DNA of 64,000 bases from a bacterium (GTDB lineage Bacteria; SAR324; NAC60-12): contig CBDDTI010000747.1 in the NCBI GenBank assembly GCA_965233585.1, positions 992,001 through 1,056,000 of the forward strand, given 5' to 3'. Position 1 is the first letter of the stretch, and each line of letters opens with the position of its first letter. Below are positions 1-9,987 of the stretch, piece after piece. The position numbers and the translations under genes are program-made. The notes below the pieces were generated by a model. It was not told the DNA's origin. It saw nothing but the letters and a program-made list of their open reading frames with translations, and did no database searches.

Positions 1-380
1 GGAGTCTCAAAACAAAAGAGAGATTGCGGATCAAGTCCGCAATGACATTTTTCAAGATGAGCAAAATCCTGCCGTCATTCCGTGCCTGACACGGAATCTA
101 TCGTCAATCAGGGCATAGATTCCTGCTTTCGCAGGAATGACAATAGTTGTCACTTGGGTGCTTGACACGGAGTCTCAAAACAAAAGAGAGATTGCGGATC
201 AAGTCCGCAATGACATTTTTCAAGATGAGCAAAATCCTGCCGTCATTCCGTGCCTGACACGGAATCTATCACCAAACTAAGCATGGATTCCTAACATGGC
301 TGGATTCCTGCCCCTGTTTTCACAGGGGTGACGTTCTTTCGCAGGAATGACGGTTGTAGAGAGATTGCGGGTCAAGGTGA
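1..380. repeat. Cluster of palindromic REP-like (GTCA/TGAC-footed) elements, including a 102-bp direct repeat
   Basis: 1-102 is repeated at 169-270. Hairpins include gagattgcggatcaagtccgcaatgac, gtcattccgtgcctgacacggaatct and gattcctgctttcgcaggaatgac, resembling Rickettsia RPE / Neisseria dRS3-type palindromes. Confidence 0.85.
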
Positions 381-465
381 GCAACGACGATTTTCAAGAT
401 ATGCTATGACTAAAAGGCAAGCAATCATGTGAAAAAAAGGAAGGTTTGGTTTTGCGTAAGAAGAA

Positions 466-497
466 GCCACCCCGCTTGATCATTCAAGCGAGGTGGT
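466..497 (-). terminator. Probable hairpin terminator downstream of the kelch-repeat gene
   Basis: Imperfect stem gccaccccgcttga-tcat-tcaagcgaggtggt about 35 bp past the stop codon, with a pyrimidine run on the minus strand. Confidence 0.5.
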
Positions 498-530
498 TTG
501 AAGAGAAGATGAGTTTATGGGTGGCTGAAT

Positions 531-1898
531 TTAGGGAGCAACTTCCCAAACATCGTTTTTCCTGCCACCACCAAGACCTCCCATGACCCAGATTTTGTTG
601 TTGAACGCAACGCTTGTGTGATCACCACGGGCAGACCAACCTGCTGAAGAGGTTTCTTTTGTCCAAGTCTTACCATCAGAAGAACTCCAGACATCGTTTT
701 TGTCGTCATCATCAACTCCTCCCATGACCCAGATTTTGTTGTTGAACGCAACGCTTGTGTGAGCAGTACGAGCAGACCAACCTGCTGAAGAGGTTTCTTT
801 TGTCCAAGCCTTACCATCAGAAGAACTCCAGACATCGTTTTTCCTACCACCATCAAATCCTCCTATGACCCAGATTTTGTTACTGAACACGACGCTTGCG
901 TGTCCATTACGAGCAGACCAACCTGCTGAAGAGGTTTCTTTTGTCCAAGTCTTGCCATCAGAAGAACTCCAGACGTCGTTTTTCCTGCTAGGATCATATC
1001 CTCCTATGACCCAGATTTTGTTATTGAACACGACGCTTGTGTGATACTCACGAGTAGACCAACCTGCTGAGGCAGTTTCTTTTGTCCAAGTCTTACCATC
1101 AGAAGAACTCCAGACATCATTTTTCCTGTTCGATAACAAATCACCATCATATCCTCCTATGACCCAGATTTTGTTATTGAACACGACGCTTGCGTGTCCA
1201 TTACGAGCAGACCAACCTGCTGAGGCAGTTTCTTTTGTCCAAGTCTTGCCATCAGAAGAACTCCAGACGTCGTTTCTCCTGCGACCATCATATCCTCCTA
1301 TGACCCAGATTTTGTTATTGAACACGACGCTTGTGTGATCACCACGGGCAGACCAACCTGCTGAAGAGGCAACCCGTTTCCAAGTTTGTTTGGGAATGTC
1401 AGGTCCGTTGCCACCTGCAGGTGAGTTCTGGTTTCCATTGACCACTGCAAAAGCCCAGTTTGATTTTTTACTCAAGATTTTGAACTTGAGTTGCCCCTTG
1501 CCTGCTTTGACCCCTGTGAGCTTTAGCTTGGCTTGAAATCGTTCTTGTTTGGGCAAGGTGTAGGTCAGTTTTCCGCTTTGCCCAGCTGTTTCTCTGCCCG
1601 ACACGACCAGCTTCAAAGACGTCAAACTTGCATCGTAAGTGATGTTGAGACGTTTACCTTGATAAACAGATGTAGCAGTGCAAGTGAGGTTAGCAACCAA
1701 TTCTTGACCTGTTGTCAAAGAACTGCCAGAGGAGACCTCGCACGTGGCGTTACCCTTCTTCGTCCCTCCCTCCTTATTTTCTTCAGCAGGAGGTGTGCAA
1801 CCTGCTAAGACCAGAAGTGTCAAGAAAACGATTATTTTGTCATAAAAAGCACCACGCCCGACAGCAGGGTTTTGAATGGATTTGATTTGTTCCAACAT
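531..1898 (-). CDS. Lipoprotein with six C-terminal kelch-like (beta-propeller) repeats
   Basis: AGGAG RBS; hydrophobic stretch plus lipobox LAGC; six ~47-aa repeats WSAR..H.SVVFNNKIWVIGG....KNDVWSSSDGKTW. Confidence 0.85.
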   Translation of the reverse strand: MLEQIKSIQNPAVGRGAFYDKIIVFLTLLVLAGCTPPAEENKEGGTKKGNATCEVSSGSSLTTGQELVANLTCTATSVYQGKRLNITYDASLTSLKLVVSGRETAGQSGKLTYTLPKQERFQAKLKLTGVKAGKGQLKFKILSKKSNWAFAVVNGNQNSPAGGNGPDIPKQTWKRVASSAGWSARGDHTSVVFNNKIWVIGGYDGRRRNDVWSSSDGKTWTKETASAGWSARNGHASVVFNNKIWVIGGYDGDLLSNRKNDVWSSSDGKTWTKETASAGWSTREYHTSVVFNNKIWVIGGYDPSRKNDVWSSSDGKTWTKETSSAGWSARNGHASVVFSNKIWVIGGFDGGRKNDVWSSSDGKAWTKETSSAGWSARTAHTSVAFNNKIWVMGGVDDDDKNDVWSSSDGKTWTKETSSAGWSARGDHTSVAFNNKIWVMGGLGGGRKNDVWEVAP

Positions 1899-2001
1899 AA
1901 AAAACTCCTAAATCATGGTTCAATCAGAATGAAAAAAAAGAAATAGACAAGAGTCTTGGATTGTAGCAGACCTTTCAAAATAGATGCAACTCTTAAAACG
2001 T

Positions 2002-5000
2002 TCAAGTTTGGTTTTTGAGAGATTTGAGAGTGGTTTGTATGGCGTATTGGAGTTGTGCGTCTGTGGTGTCTTCAGGGTGTAGGTCAACAATCGTGTCTGG
2101 AACAACGCCTTTATTTTCTAGGCTCCAAGCACCTTGATAAAACCATGCGGCATATTGAGGTTGCGTGACAGTCGTCCCATCAGCCAATCGGTAACGGCTA
2201 TCTATCCCAATGACCCCGCCCCACGTCTGCTTGCCAATCACCTCACCCAGCTCAAGTTCCCTAAAACTATGGGCGAACATGTCCCCGTCAGACCCTGTAA
2301 ATTCATTGACCAGCAAGGTCAAGCAACCTTTGTGCGTGTGTGCAGGATAGACCTCAGCCCCTCCCCAACGGGGGAAATCATAACCCAGCCTACGATTTGA
2401 CAACTTTTCTAAAATGATGGGAGACGTCATGCCCCCTTCGTTATAACGAGCATCAATGATGAGAGCTTCTTTTTCTACTTGAACTAAATAAGCACGGAAA
2501 AACTCGGCAATCCCCCTTCTTTGCATGTCTGGAATATGAAGGTATCCGATTTTGCCTTCTGATAACTTATCAACAAGGGTTTGATTGTGATGCACCCAAT
2601 GGCGATAACGCACTTGTCTGTCAGAATGAAGGGGGATTACTGCAAACTTGAGAACTTCCCCTTGCCTGTCAATTTGTAAATCCACAGGTTGTCCCGCCTG
2701 TTGCAACAACAGCTTTTCTGGGGGTGTCTTGGGCTTCACAGGTTGCCCATTGATGCTTAAAATGGCATCGCCTTCTTGCAAATTGACCCCAAACTCTGCC
2801 AGTGGTGAATGTTCGTTGGGATTCCAGACATCGCCACGATAAATTTGATGCAAAAGATACTTCTGACTAGCTTGGTCATAGTGCCAATCTGCACCCAGTT
2901 TGCCAACTGACACATCAGGCACTGCCTCGTAATCGCCCCCGTATTCGTAAGCATGAGAAGTGCCAAGCTCTCCTTGCATCTCCCAGATTAAATCTGACAA
3001 CTCTGCACGAGTACTGACACGTGGCAATAGGTCTGCGTAAAGCTGATGAATGGAATCCCAATCCAAATGAGGTGCGTCTTTTTTCCAGAAAAACTCTTTT
3101 TGCAACTGCCATGTTTCTTGGAACATCTGATTCCATTCTTTTTGGAAGTCAATGCAGACTTTGAATCGGTCAAGGTGAATCCAACCGTGTTCATGTCCAT
3201 AATCTTTTGCAGATGCAGGCAGCGGAGGTGCGTCATTTTCAATGACTCCTGCTTCTGCCAACCTGACGTCTTTGTCATAAAAATAAAGAGCTGTCTGCCC
3301 AGATGGTGTGACTTGTACAAAGTTGACATCTTCAGCCGCCACTTCATAATCGTTTTTTTGCAGGTCATAGACCCAAAGTGTGCCTTGAGGTGCAGATTGA
3401 CTTTGAAAGGTTTCATGGTCTTGGGGGTATTCTACAAGTAACACTTTGTTAGTCAGAGCCACCATCTGCTCAAAACGTCCTGCATGGATGGGGAACTCTG
3501 CAATCCGATGTTCCAGTCCTTCAAGGTCAATGCTCATTTTTTTGCTAGCCGTTTCTTCTTCAGATTCTTTGACGCCTGGAATAGGGGCAGGCTTCTTGAA
3601 AGGATTGGGAGACTCTGCTTGAAGTGAGAGCAGATAAGGTTTGATGGCATAAGGAAACGAGGCGTTGAAGTGTGTTTGCTCAATGATGGGGTAGTATTCA
3701 CGTTGAGACAAGAAATAAAGATACCTGCCTTTGAGGTCAAAGGTTGGGGAAAAGTCTTGCCTGATGGGATTGGTCACTTGAATGGGTGTGGCATGAGCGT
3801 CTTCAAGATGAAGTAAAAAAATAGCACGTCGTTCCAAAGTGATTGATTTGCTGTAAGCAATCCATCTGCCATCAGGCGAAAACGTCATGTCTTGAATTTC
3901 TTTCAATTCAGAAGAATCCAGCAAGCGGTAACTTTTTTTAGAGATTTCAATCAGGTATAACTCCAGACGATTGGTTGCGGCAACCAATGCCAGTTTAGCA
4001 GGAGAAGCAACCAACTCTTGCACTCTACCTTGAGGCAAAGAGATTCGTTTGTGGGCTGAACGTTGTTGGCTTTTGAAGACAAGAAGCTGGTCTTGTTTGA
4101 GGACAGCTAGGCTTTGATTGCAAAGCCATGTAGGCAGACGGTAACGTTCTTCATCAAGTCCATATTGGGGCATAGGTCCTTGCCAGACATGACCCATAAA
4201 CAACTTGCCCCGACAAGTTCCTGCAATAGACTGCCCCGACTGACTCAGTGCTAAATGTTCCACATAGCGACTTCCATCAAAAAAAGAATGGTGAGGATAG
4301 GTTTTTTCATGCCATTCAATTTCAATCAAATGCTGCTTGCCTGATTGAAGATTGAGAGCAAACAAATCACAACCTGCTTGATACACCAGAGTTTTGCCAT
4401 CGGTTTGCAATGCCCTTGCATAATACTTGGGCTGTGAGGTTTCTGCCCTTAAATCTGAACCATCTACTGCACAAGAATAAATTTGCCCGATGCCTTCTGC
4501 ATCATAGAGAAAGTAAATTCTTTCATTAGCATAAAGGGGAGAAACGGCATTGCCTTCATGTGTTGATTCAATTTTAAAAAAAGGCTGGTCATCTAACGAC
4601 ACCCAGATTTCTCCACGCATTCCCCCCTTGTAATGCTTCCAAGATGAATTAGAAAGAGCATGGCGACCAATGAGTCTGCCACGTGTCCCTTGATGCTCAA
4701 ATTCATCAAAAAAATAGGCTTTGCCAAAGGGTAGCTTGTTCACTGCACCACCTTGAACAGACACACAATAAAGCTCTGACCCCACCGTGCCATGAGCCGA
4801 TTGATGTGAGCTTGAAAACAGAATGTCTTTGGAAGATGGCGACCACGAAGCAATCCGAACGACTGAATCAAGGTAAGTGAGCCTTTGTAACTTGCCACCT
4901 TGTGATGAAAGCAGATAGACATCTTTAGCACCTTCTTCTGTGGACAGGCATGCAATCCATTTTCCATTAGGTGAAAGTAAAGGTGATTTGACCAGACCCT

Positions 5001-5136
5001 TTGTGCTGCTGAGGCGTCTGGCAACACCCCCCGAAAGTGGCACGTTCCAAAGGTCATCTTCACAAATAAAAACAACTTGATTGCCACACACTGTGGGCGA
5101 GCGGTAATATCCTTTTTTTTGAGTGTCAGAGGTCAT
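2002..5136 (-). CDS. Tricorn protease (S41 family; beta-propellers, PDZ, catalytic domain)
   Basis: N-terminal GYYRSP..VVF.CEDDLW; GYLHIPDM, IIDARYNEGG, GSDGD (catalytic Ser) and TWGG motifs; 1044 aa. Confidence 0.93.
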   Translation of the reverse strand: MTSDTQKKGYYRSPTVCGNQVVFICEDDLWNVPLSGGVARRLSSTKGLVKSPLLSPNGKWIACLSTEEGAKDVYLLSSQGGKLQRLTYLDSVVRIASWSPSSKDILFSSSHQSAHGTVGSELYCVSVQGGAVNKLPFGKAYFFDEFEHQGTRGRLIGRHALSNSSWKHYKGGMRGEIWVSLDDQPFFKIESTHEGNAVSPLYANERIYFLYDAEGIGQIYSCAVDGSDLRAETSQPKYYARALQTDGKTLVYQAGCDLFALNLQSGKQHLIEIEWHEKTYPHHSFFDGSRYVEHLALSQSGQSIAGTCRGKLFMGHVWQGPMPQYGLDEERYRLPTWLCNQSLAVLKQDQLLVFKSQQRSAHKRISLPQGRVQELVASPAKLALVAATNRLELYLIEISKKSYRLLDSSELKEIQDMTFSPDGRWIAYSKSITLERRAIFLLHLEDAHATPIQVTNPIRQDFSPTFDLKGRYLYFLSQREYYPIIEQTHFNASFPYAIKPYLLSLQAESPNPFKKPAPIPGVKESEEETASKKMSIDLEGLEHRIAEFPIHAGRFEQMVALTNKVLLVEYPQDHETFQSQSAPQGTLWVYDLQKNDYEVAAEDVNFVQVTPSGQTALYFYDKDVRLAEAGVIENDAPPLPASAKDYGHEHGWIHLDRFKVCIDFQKEWNQMFQETWQLQKEFFWKKDAPHLDWDSIHQLYADLLPRVSTRAELSDLIWEMQGELGTSHAYEYGGDYEAVPDVSVGKLGADWHYDQASQKYLLHQIYRGDVWNPNEHSPLAEFGVNLQEGDAILSINGQPVKPKTPPEKLLLQQAGQPVDLQIDRQGEVLKFAVIPLHSDRQVRYRHWVHHNQTLVDKLSEGKIGYLHIPDMQRRGIAEFFRAYLVQVEKEALIIDARYNEGGMTSPIILEKLSNRRLGYDFPRWGGAEVYPAHTHKGCLTLLVNEFTGSDGDMFAHSFRELELGEVIGKQTWGGVIGIDSRYRLADGTTVTQPQYAAWFYQGAWSLENKGVVPDTIVDLHPEDTTDAQLQYAIQTTLKSLKNQT

Positions 5137-5228
5137 GTTTTGAAATTTTTTGAATATCTTTGCCTTGAAATATCTTTGCCTTGAATATCTGTTGTTTGTT
5201 GAATGACTGTTTCTGAGTTTTGAGAAAA

Positions 5229-5423
5229 TTATTTGAGAAATTGGGGAAGCACCACAGCTTGGGCACAGAACATCATTTGTTCTTTGTCATTGTAGGTATG
5301 GCAAGGATTTCCGTAAAGCTGGTAGCCGTCTTCTAATGCTTGGGCAACTCGTTTGCAAAATTCTGCGTCGTCTTTGCCTGTGATGAAACGATAGGCTTGT
5401 TTTGATGATGGGTTGTGTTCCAT
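5229..5423 (-). CDS. DUF1737-like small protein
   Basis: YRFITGKDDAEFCKRV...GYQLYGNP...CAQAVV pattern; AGGAG RBS. Confidence 0.75.
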   Translation of the reverse strand: MEHNPSSKQAYRFITGKDDAEFCKRVAQALEDGYQLYGNPCHTYNDKEQMMFCAQAVVLPQFLK

Positions 5424-5516
5424 AAATGCTCCTTTGAAGTGAGGTTGTTTTTAAAATTAAGTTGATTGCAGTTGATTCAAAATGATTGAGAAATAAGCGG
5501 GTTCTTTGATTTTTTG

Positions 5517-6620
5517 CTAACAAAGTCTGTGGTAAAGGCTTTTGAGTAAGAGAGTGTTGTCTAATTGCAAATATTTAAACTCTCCCCCCATGCGTGAGAA
5601 GGATTTGCAAAAACGCAAATAATAGGCAGGGTGATTTTTGGGAGGTTCTCCTTGACTCCAGTCCCATTGACCCTCTTGAATGTCATTCACAATTAAAAGA
5701 TAATTTTTTAAGGGGCGACCTTCTTGCAAAGCGATGTTTCTTGCCATAGAAACGGACTTCTCAAATGTCATGGGTGCCATAATTGCAGAACCGACTGAAA
5801 GAAAAACCCCACCTTCTAAATGAGAGACACTGTTAGCAAATGCCAGAAAATCGGCAAGAGTGCTGCGACCAATGGCAGAGCCATTGTTTAATGGGTGTCC
5901 GTAAATGATGTCATACCCAATGCCTGGGCAGACACTGAATGGGATTTGTAAGCAATACGCATGATGCTGGATACTCACTTTTTTATGAGGATGCAGGATT
6001 TCCATTTCTCCAGCAGGGATTTTGAAATTTTGGATAGATGCCAGTAAATTGGCAACGTCTGCGACCCTTTCAGACATGGGTTGTTGTTGCATCAAAAAAT
6101 CCATCTGATAGTGAAGCACTTCAGTTGCTGGAATAGACAAGCCGTCGTCATAAATCATCTTGCCAACTGATTCACCATATCCCAAACCGTATGCTGCACC
6201 CACTAACACTGCAAGATTGAGAAAAAAACCTGTCTCTTGCCATAAACCAAATTGTCCTTCTTGAATGTAACGTTTGACGTCTTCTTCAGTTTCTCCATGG
6301 AAGGCTAACTCCCAATCATGGATACTGCCTGCCCCATTGGTCAAGAGGTGTTGAATCCAACCTTTTTTCATCAGTTCAATCAGCAAGGGGGCAAGTCCAT
6401 TTTTGAACAGATGCGCCCCATAAGCAAATAGGATTGGCGCACTCTTAGACTTGGCTTGCTTCATTCGCTCTACAATCGTTTCTACAATGGCTTCTGATTC
6501 TTCTGACAATTCAGGGGGAGGCTCATCAAGAGAGGCTAAGATGTTGAGGTCGCTTTTAGATTGTCGCTGGGACAATGGCTTAAAAATGATTTTTCTACGG
6601 TCAAAAAGAGGATACGGCAT
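5517..6620 (-). CDS. Deoxyhypusine-synthase-like (DHS-fold) protein of unknown function
   Basis: GAHLFKNGL, TNGAGSIHDWE, GIGYDIIY.HP, GGVFLSVGSAIMAP motifs; likely start MPYPLFDR at 6620. Confidence 0.6.
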   Translation of the reverse strand: MPYPLFDRRKIIFKPLSQRQSKSDLNILASLDEPPPELSEESEAIVETIVERMKQAKSKSAPILFAYGAHLFKNGLAPLLIELMKKGWIQHLLTNGAGSIHDWELAFHGETEEDVKRYIQEGQFGLWQETGFFLNLAVLVGAAYGLGYGESVGKMIYDDGLSIPATEVLHYQMDFLMQQQPMSERVADVANLLASIQNFKIPAGEMEILHPHKKVSIQHHAYCLQIPFSVCPGIGYDIIYGHPLNNGSAIGRSTLADFLAFANSVSHLEGGVFLSVGSAIMAPMTFEKSVSMARNIALQEGRPLKNYLLIVNDIQEGQWDWSQGEPPKNHPAYYLRFCKSFSRMGGEFKYLQLDNTLLLKSLYHRLC

Positions 6621-6682
6621 AGTTTTTGTTAAATTTGAAAAGACCATTTAGGATTACACAATCGTCAAAAGATTTCAAAGAC

Positions 6683-7213
6683 ATGATTCTTTCAGATAAT
6701 GAACTTCAAAAATTGGTAGATGCTGGTTGCTTGCCAGAGTCTGTCAAAATCGGACCTTCTAGCATTGACCTTTGTTTGTCTCGCTCCTTTAGCCGTCCAG
6801 TTCCAACAGGTGAGCAGATTTCTTTGGGCGAAGATGTCCCGCATCATTCTTTTGAGTCAGAACAACTCGTCTTAGCTCCACAAGAATTTATTCTTGCCAG
6901 TACTGAAGAATTTATCAAAGTTCCCAGTCATCTTGCCGCCTATGTTGAGGGTCGTTCAAGTATTGGTCGTTTAGGTTTACAAGTTCAAAATGCAGGGTTC
7001 ATTGACAGTGGCTTTCATGGAAGAATCACTTTAGAGCTTGCCAATCAAGCCCCCTTTGGTATTGAATTGAAAGCAGGTCTCCGAATCTGCCAAATTGTCT
7101 TTTTAAAAATGACTTCTGCTGCAAGTCAAGTGTATTCAGGAAAATATCAAGGTCAGTTTTTAGCCACTTCAAGCCGTCTTAGCCAAGATGAAGAATTTAG
7201 CGAACAAGGTTGA
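6683..7213 (+). CDS. dcd: dCTP deaminase
   Basis: MILSD start, PSSIDL, EGRSSIGRLGL, AGFIDSGFHG.ITLEL, RICQ, YSGKYQGQ. Confidence 0.93.
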   Translation: MILSDNELQKLVDAGCLPESVKIGPSSIDLCLSRSFSRPVPTGEQISLGEDVPHHSFESEQLVLAPQEFILASTEEFIKVPSHLAAYVEGRSSIGRLGLQVQNAGFIDSGFHGRITLELANQAPFGIELKAGLRICQIVFLKMTSAASQVYSGKYQGQFLATSSRLSQDEEFSEQG

Positions 7214-7263
7214 CTATTCACAAATTGAAAAACTTGGGTCAGTTTGATTTGCGTCAAATGGAT

Positions 7264-7737
7264 TCATGTCAAAGTCCCTTTCATTGTCCCTTCTGGATAA
7301 ATATTTTCTAATTGGAAACGAGCCAAGACTTTTTTTTCTAGGCTCAACATCTCCCTTTCTTCTTCTTGTGTTTGGTGGTCATAACCTAGCAAATGGACGC
7401 AGCCATGCACCAGCAACCGAATCGCTTCCGTTTCTGTACTCCATTGATTTTGCTTTGCCTGTGTTCTAACTTTGTCCCATGACAAAGCAAGTTCTCCTAA
7501 ACATTCCTGACTTTCATCAAAATAAGACCATGACAAGATGTCAGTGGGTTTTGAAACGTGACGATATGTTTCATTGAGTTGAGCAAGTTCTTGGTTGGTG
7601 GTGATGTAAAGAGACACGTTTGCATTTGGAACATTCAAAACTTGAGTAATTTTGGACAAAATGTTGTCTATTTTTTTGTGTGATACTAGATTTTGCAAAC
7701 TTTCTGCGATGCGAATGTCTATCATTTGGAATATCAT
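7264..7737 (-). CDS. ybeY: rRNA maturation endoribonuclease YbeY
   Basis: LNETYR...PTDILS and HGCVHLLGYDH zinc motif. Confidence 0.92.
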   Translation of the reverse strand: MIFQMIDIRIAESLQNLVSHKKIDNILSKITQVLNVPNANVSLYITTNQELAQLNETYRHVSKPTDILSWSYFDESQECLGELALSWDKVRTQAKQNQWSTETEAIRLLVHGCVHLLGYDHQTQEEEREMLSLEKKVLARFQLENIYPEGTMKGTLT

Positions 7738-7745
7738 TTGGAATG

Positions 7746-8726
7746 TTAACTTTTTTGAATGTCTGCCGTATTTTGAATGTCAACGATGGCTTGGTCTGCA
7801 TCGTTTTTTTGAAAAATGCGGAGTTTGGCGCTGCGACTTCTTGAGTTTGCTTGCACTTCCTCAACAGAAGGTTTGACAGGCTTGCGGGTGGTGATTTGAC
7901 CTAATGAACGTTTTTGACATTGACAAATGGGCAGACGAGGAGGGCAGAGACACGATTTTTGCCAATGCTTCAAGGTGTGTTTGGTCAGCCTGTCTTCCAG
8001 TGAATGAAAGGCAATCACTGCAAATCGCCCACCAGCTTTGAGCAAAGAAGGGACGAGGTCTAGCAACGTCTCAAGCTCTTGTAACTCTTGATTGACTTCC
8101 ATACGCAATGCCTGAAAGACACGTGTTGCAGGGTGAATTTTGGTTTGCTTTTGTCGGGGGATTGCATCAGCTACCAACTTTGCAAGCTCTCCTGTGGTTT
8201 CAATTACTTTCATCTTTCTGGCATTGACAATATTTTTGACAATGCGTCTGGTGTATCGTTCTTCCCCATATTTCCAAAAAATCTTTTCTAATTCTTCTGC
8301 TTTCATGTCATTGACTAAGTCATAAGCAGTTTTTGATGAAAGTGTTGGACTCATCCGCATATCTAATCTTGCATTTTGCATAAAGGAAAAACCCCTTTCT
8401 GCCACGTCTATTTGAAATGATGACACTCCTAAATCTGCAATGATGTAGTCAAATTGTTGGGAAGTTGGCAATGTTTCTGAAAGGTCAGAAAATCTAGCAT
8501 GTAAGAATTGACATTGAGCTTGGTACGGGTGCAAATTTTTCTTGGCAATGTCCAGTGCAGAAAGGTCTCGGTCTATGCCAATCAACACAAGGTTTGAAAA
8601 GTGTTGAAGAAGAGCTAAGGCATGCCCTCCACCACCTAAGGTGCAGTCTAAGACTGCTTTCGTGGCTTCAGGGGCAAATTGGCAAATCTCACGTTTTAAA
8701 ACAGAAAGATGACGGGGTTCATTCAT
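7746..8726 (-). CDS. rsmH: 16S rRNA m4C1402 methyltransferase RsmH
   Basis: HLSVL, DCTLGGGGH, DLGVSSFQID, LDMRM, HPATRVFQALR, FHSLEDR, RSRSAKLR; start at 8726 overlaps the lolC/E stop. Confidence 0.95.
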   Translation of the reverse strand: MNEPRHLSVLKREICQFAPEATKAVLDCTLGGGGHALALLQHFSNLVLIGIDRDLSALDIAKKNLHPYQAQCQFLHARFSDLSETLPTSQQFDYIIADLGVSSFQIDVAERGFSFMQNARLDMRMSPTLSSKTAYDLVNDMKAEELEKIFWKYGEERYTRRIVKNIVNARKMKVIETTGELAKLVADAIPRQKQTKIHPATRVFQALRMEVNQELQELETLLDLVPSLLKAGGRFAVIAFHSLEDRLTKHTLKHWQKSCLCPPRLPICQCQKRSLGQITTRKPVKPSVEEVQANSRSRSAKLRIFQKNDADQAIVDIQNTADIQKS

Positions 8727-9987
8727 AACGGAGAGATTCAGCAGGCAGGAGGCGTGCCGCTTTATTGGCAGGGTAAAGTGTTGCAAAAAAGCAGATTGAG
8801 AAGGCAGACAAGACAATCCATGCGACTTCATCAAAATAAAGAGCAATGGGGATTTTGCCTCCGCCTGGGTAGACTCCAGCAGGGACGTCAATGATTTGAA
8901 AGTTCATCAAAACCCAAGCGGCTAGTAAGCCAAGTAGCAATCCTGAAAGTGAGCCAATCCAACCAATCAATGCACCTTGTAGCATAAAAATCACTCCAAT
9001 ACTGCGGTCTGTTGCCCCAATGGATTTGAGAATGGCAATTTCTTTGGACTTTTCCAAAACCAACATAGTCAATGAGCTTAAAATGTTAAATGACACGACA
9101 ACAATGATTAAAGAAAGTAAGAGAAATAAGCCTATTTTTTCCAGCTTCATCACTTGAAAAATAGACTGATTGTCTGATGCCCAGTTGCTGGTGAGGAATC
9201 TTGGAAATGACTTTTGAAGTTTTTGGGCAATATCTGGGGCTTGTTCCACATGTTCAATACGGATTCCTAAGCCGCTGACATGGTTGGGGATTTGATAGAG
9301 TGTTTGAATGAGCTGGTAGTCCACAAATGACAAGGTTTCGTCATATCCAGAAATCCCTGATTCAAAAATGCCAATGACTTCAATTTGTTTCAGACGAGGG
9401 ACGCTTCCAAGTGGAGTAAGACGTTCTTGGGAAGAGACCAACCTGACAAAATCACCTGTATTGACATTGAGTTTTCTGGCAATTCTTGCACCCAGAATAA
9501 TCCCCCCATCTTTGAGCGAGTGGACAATCTGTGTTCCCATTTCAAGTTGTTGTTCTTCATCAAGTTCTTCTAAGAGACTTAAATCTTGACGCACAAACAG
9601 GGCAATATCGGTGACGTCAAGCTCATGCACTGGGTCAATGCCCCTGATGAGTGTGCCAAGACTTTCTTGCTTTGACATGAGTAAGGTTTGTTTAACAATG
9701 TATGGAGACACAGCAAGCACGCCTTCATGTTCCAAGATTTTTTGATTCATCTCTGGAGAGTTTGCAATGTTGTCTATGACGCCATAGATGTTGATATGAG
9801 GCAAAGAGCCGATGATGGAACGTTGCAGGTTGTCGCGGAAGCCATTCATTAGGGAAATAGCGATGATGAGTGCCGCAACCCCAAGTGCCACCCCAATCAT
9901 GGAAACCCATGTGATGATAGAAATGGAGTGGTCTTTGCGTGGAGAACGGAAGTAACGTAGAGCGACAAAAAGTTCGTAACTGCTCAT
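8719..9987 (-). CDS. Lipoprotein-releasing ABC transporter permease (LolC/E family)
   Basis: YELFVALRY, GVALGVAALII..S.MNGF, EK.KEIAILKSIGA, ATLYPA.KAA.L.PAE.LRYE. Confidence 0.92.
   Translation of the reverse strand: MSSYELFVALRYFRSPRKDHSISIITWVSMIGVALGVAALIIAISLMNGFRDNLQRSIIGSLPHINIYGVIDNIANSPEMNQKILEHEGVLAVSPYIVKQTLLMSKQESLGTLIRGIDPVHELDVTDIALFVRQDLSLLEELDEEQQLEMGTQIVHSLKDGGIILGARIARKLNVNTGDFVRLVSSQERLTPLGSVPRLKQIEVIGIFESGISGYDETLSFVDYQLIQTLYQIPNHVSGLGIRIEHVEQAPDIAQKLQKSFPRFLTSNWASDNQSIFQVMKLEKIGLFLLLSLIIVVVSFNILSSLTMLVLEKSKEIAILKSIGATDRSIGVIFMLQGALIGWIGSLSGLLLGLLAAWVLMNFQIIDVPAGVYPGGGKIPIALYFDEVAWIVLSAFSICFFATLYPANKAARLLPAESLRYE

Noticed and set aside
1..270. Possible CRISPR array
   Set aside because: Only two 102-bp copies built of palindromes, no unique equal-length spacers and no cas genes; fits REP-like elements.
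515..856. Separate 113-aa repeat ORF
   Set aside because: Alternative-frame shadow of the kelch repeats; likewise the many short ORFs antisense or overlapping long genes were not called.
531..1898. Diversity-generating retroelement target
   Set aside because: No reverse transcriptase or template repeat in the window, and repeat differences include indels rather than adenine-specific changes.
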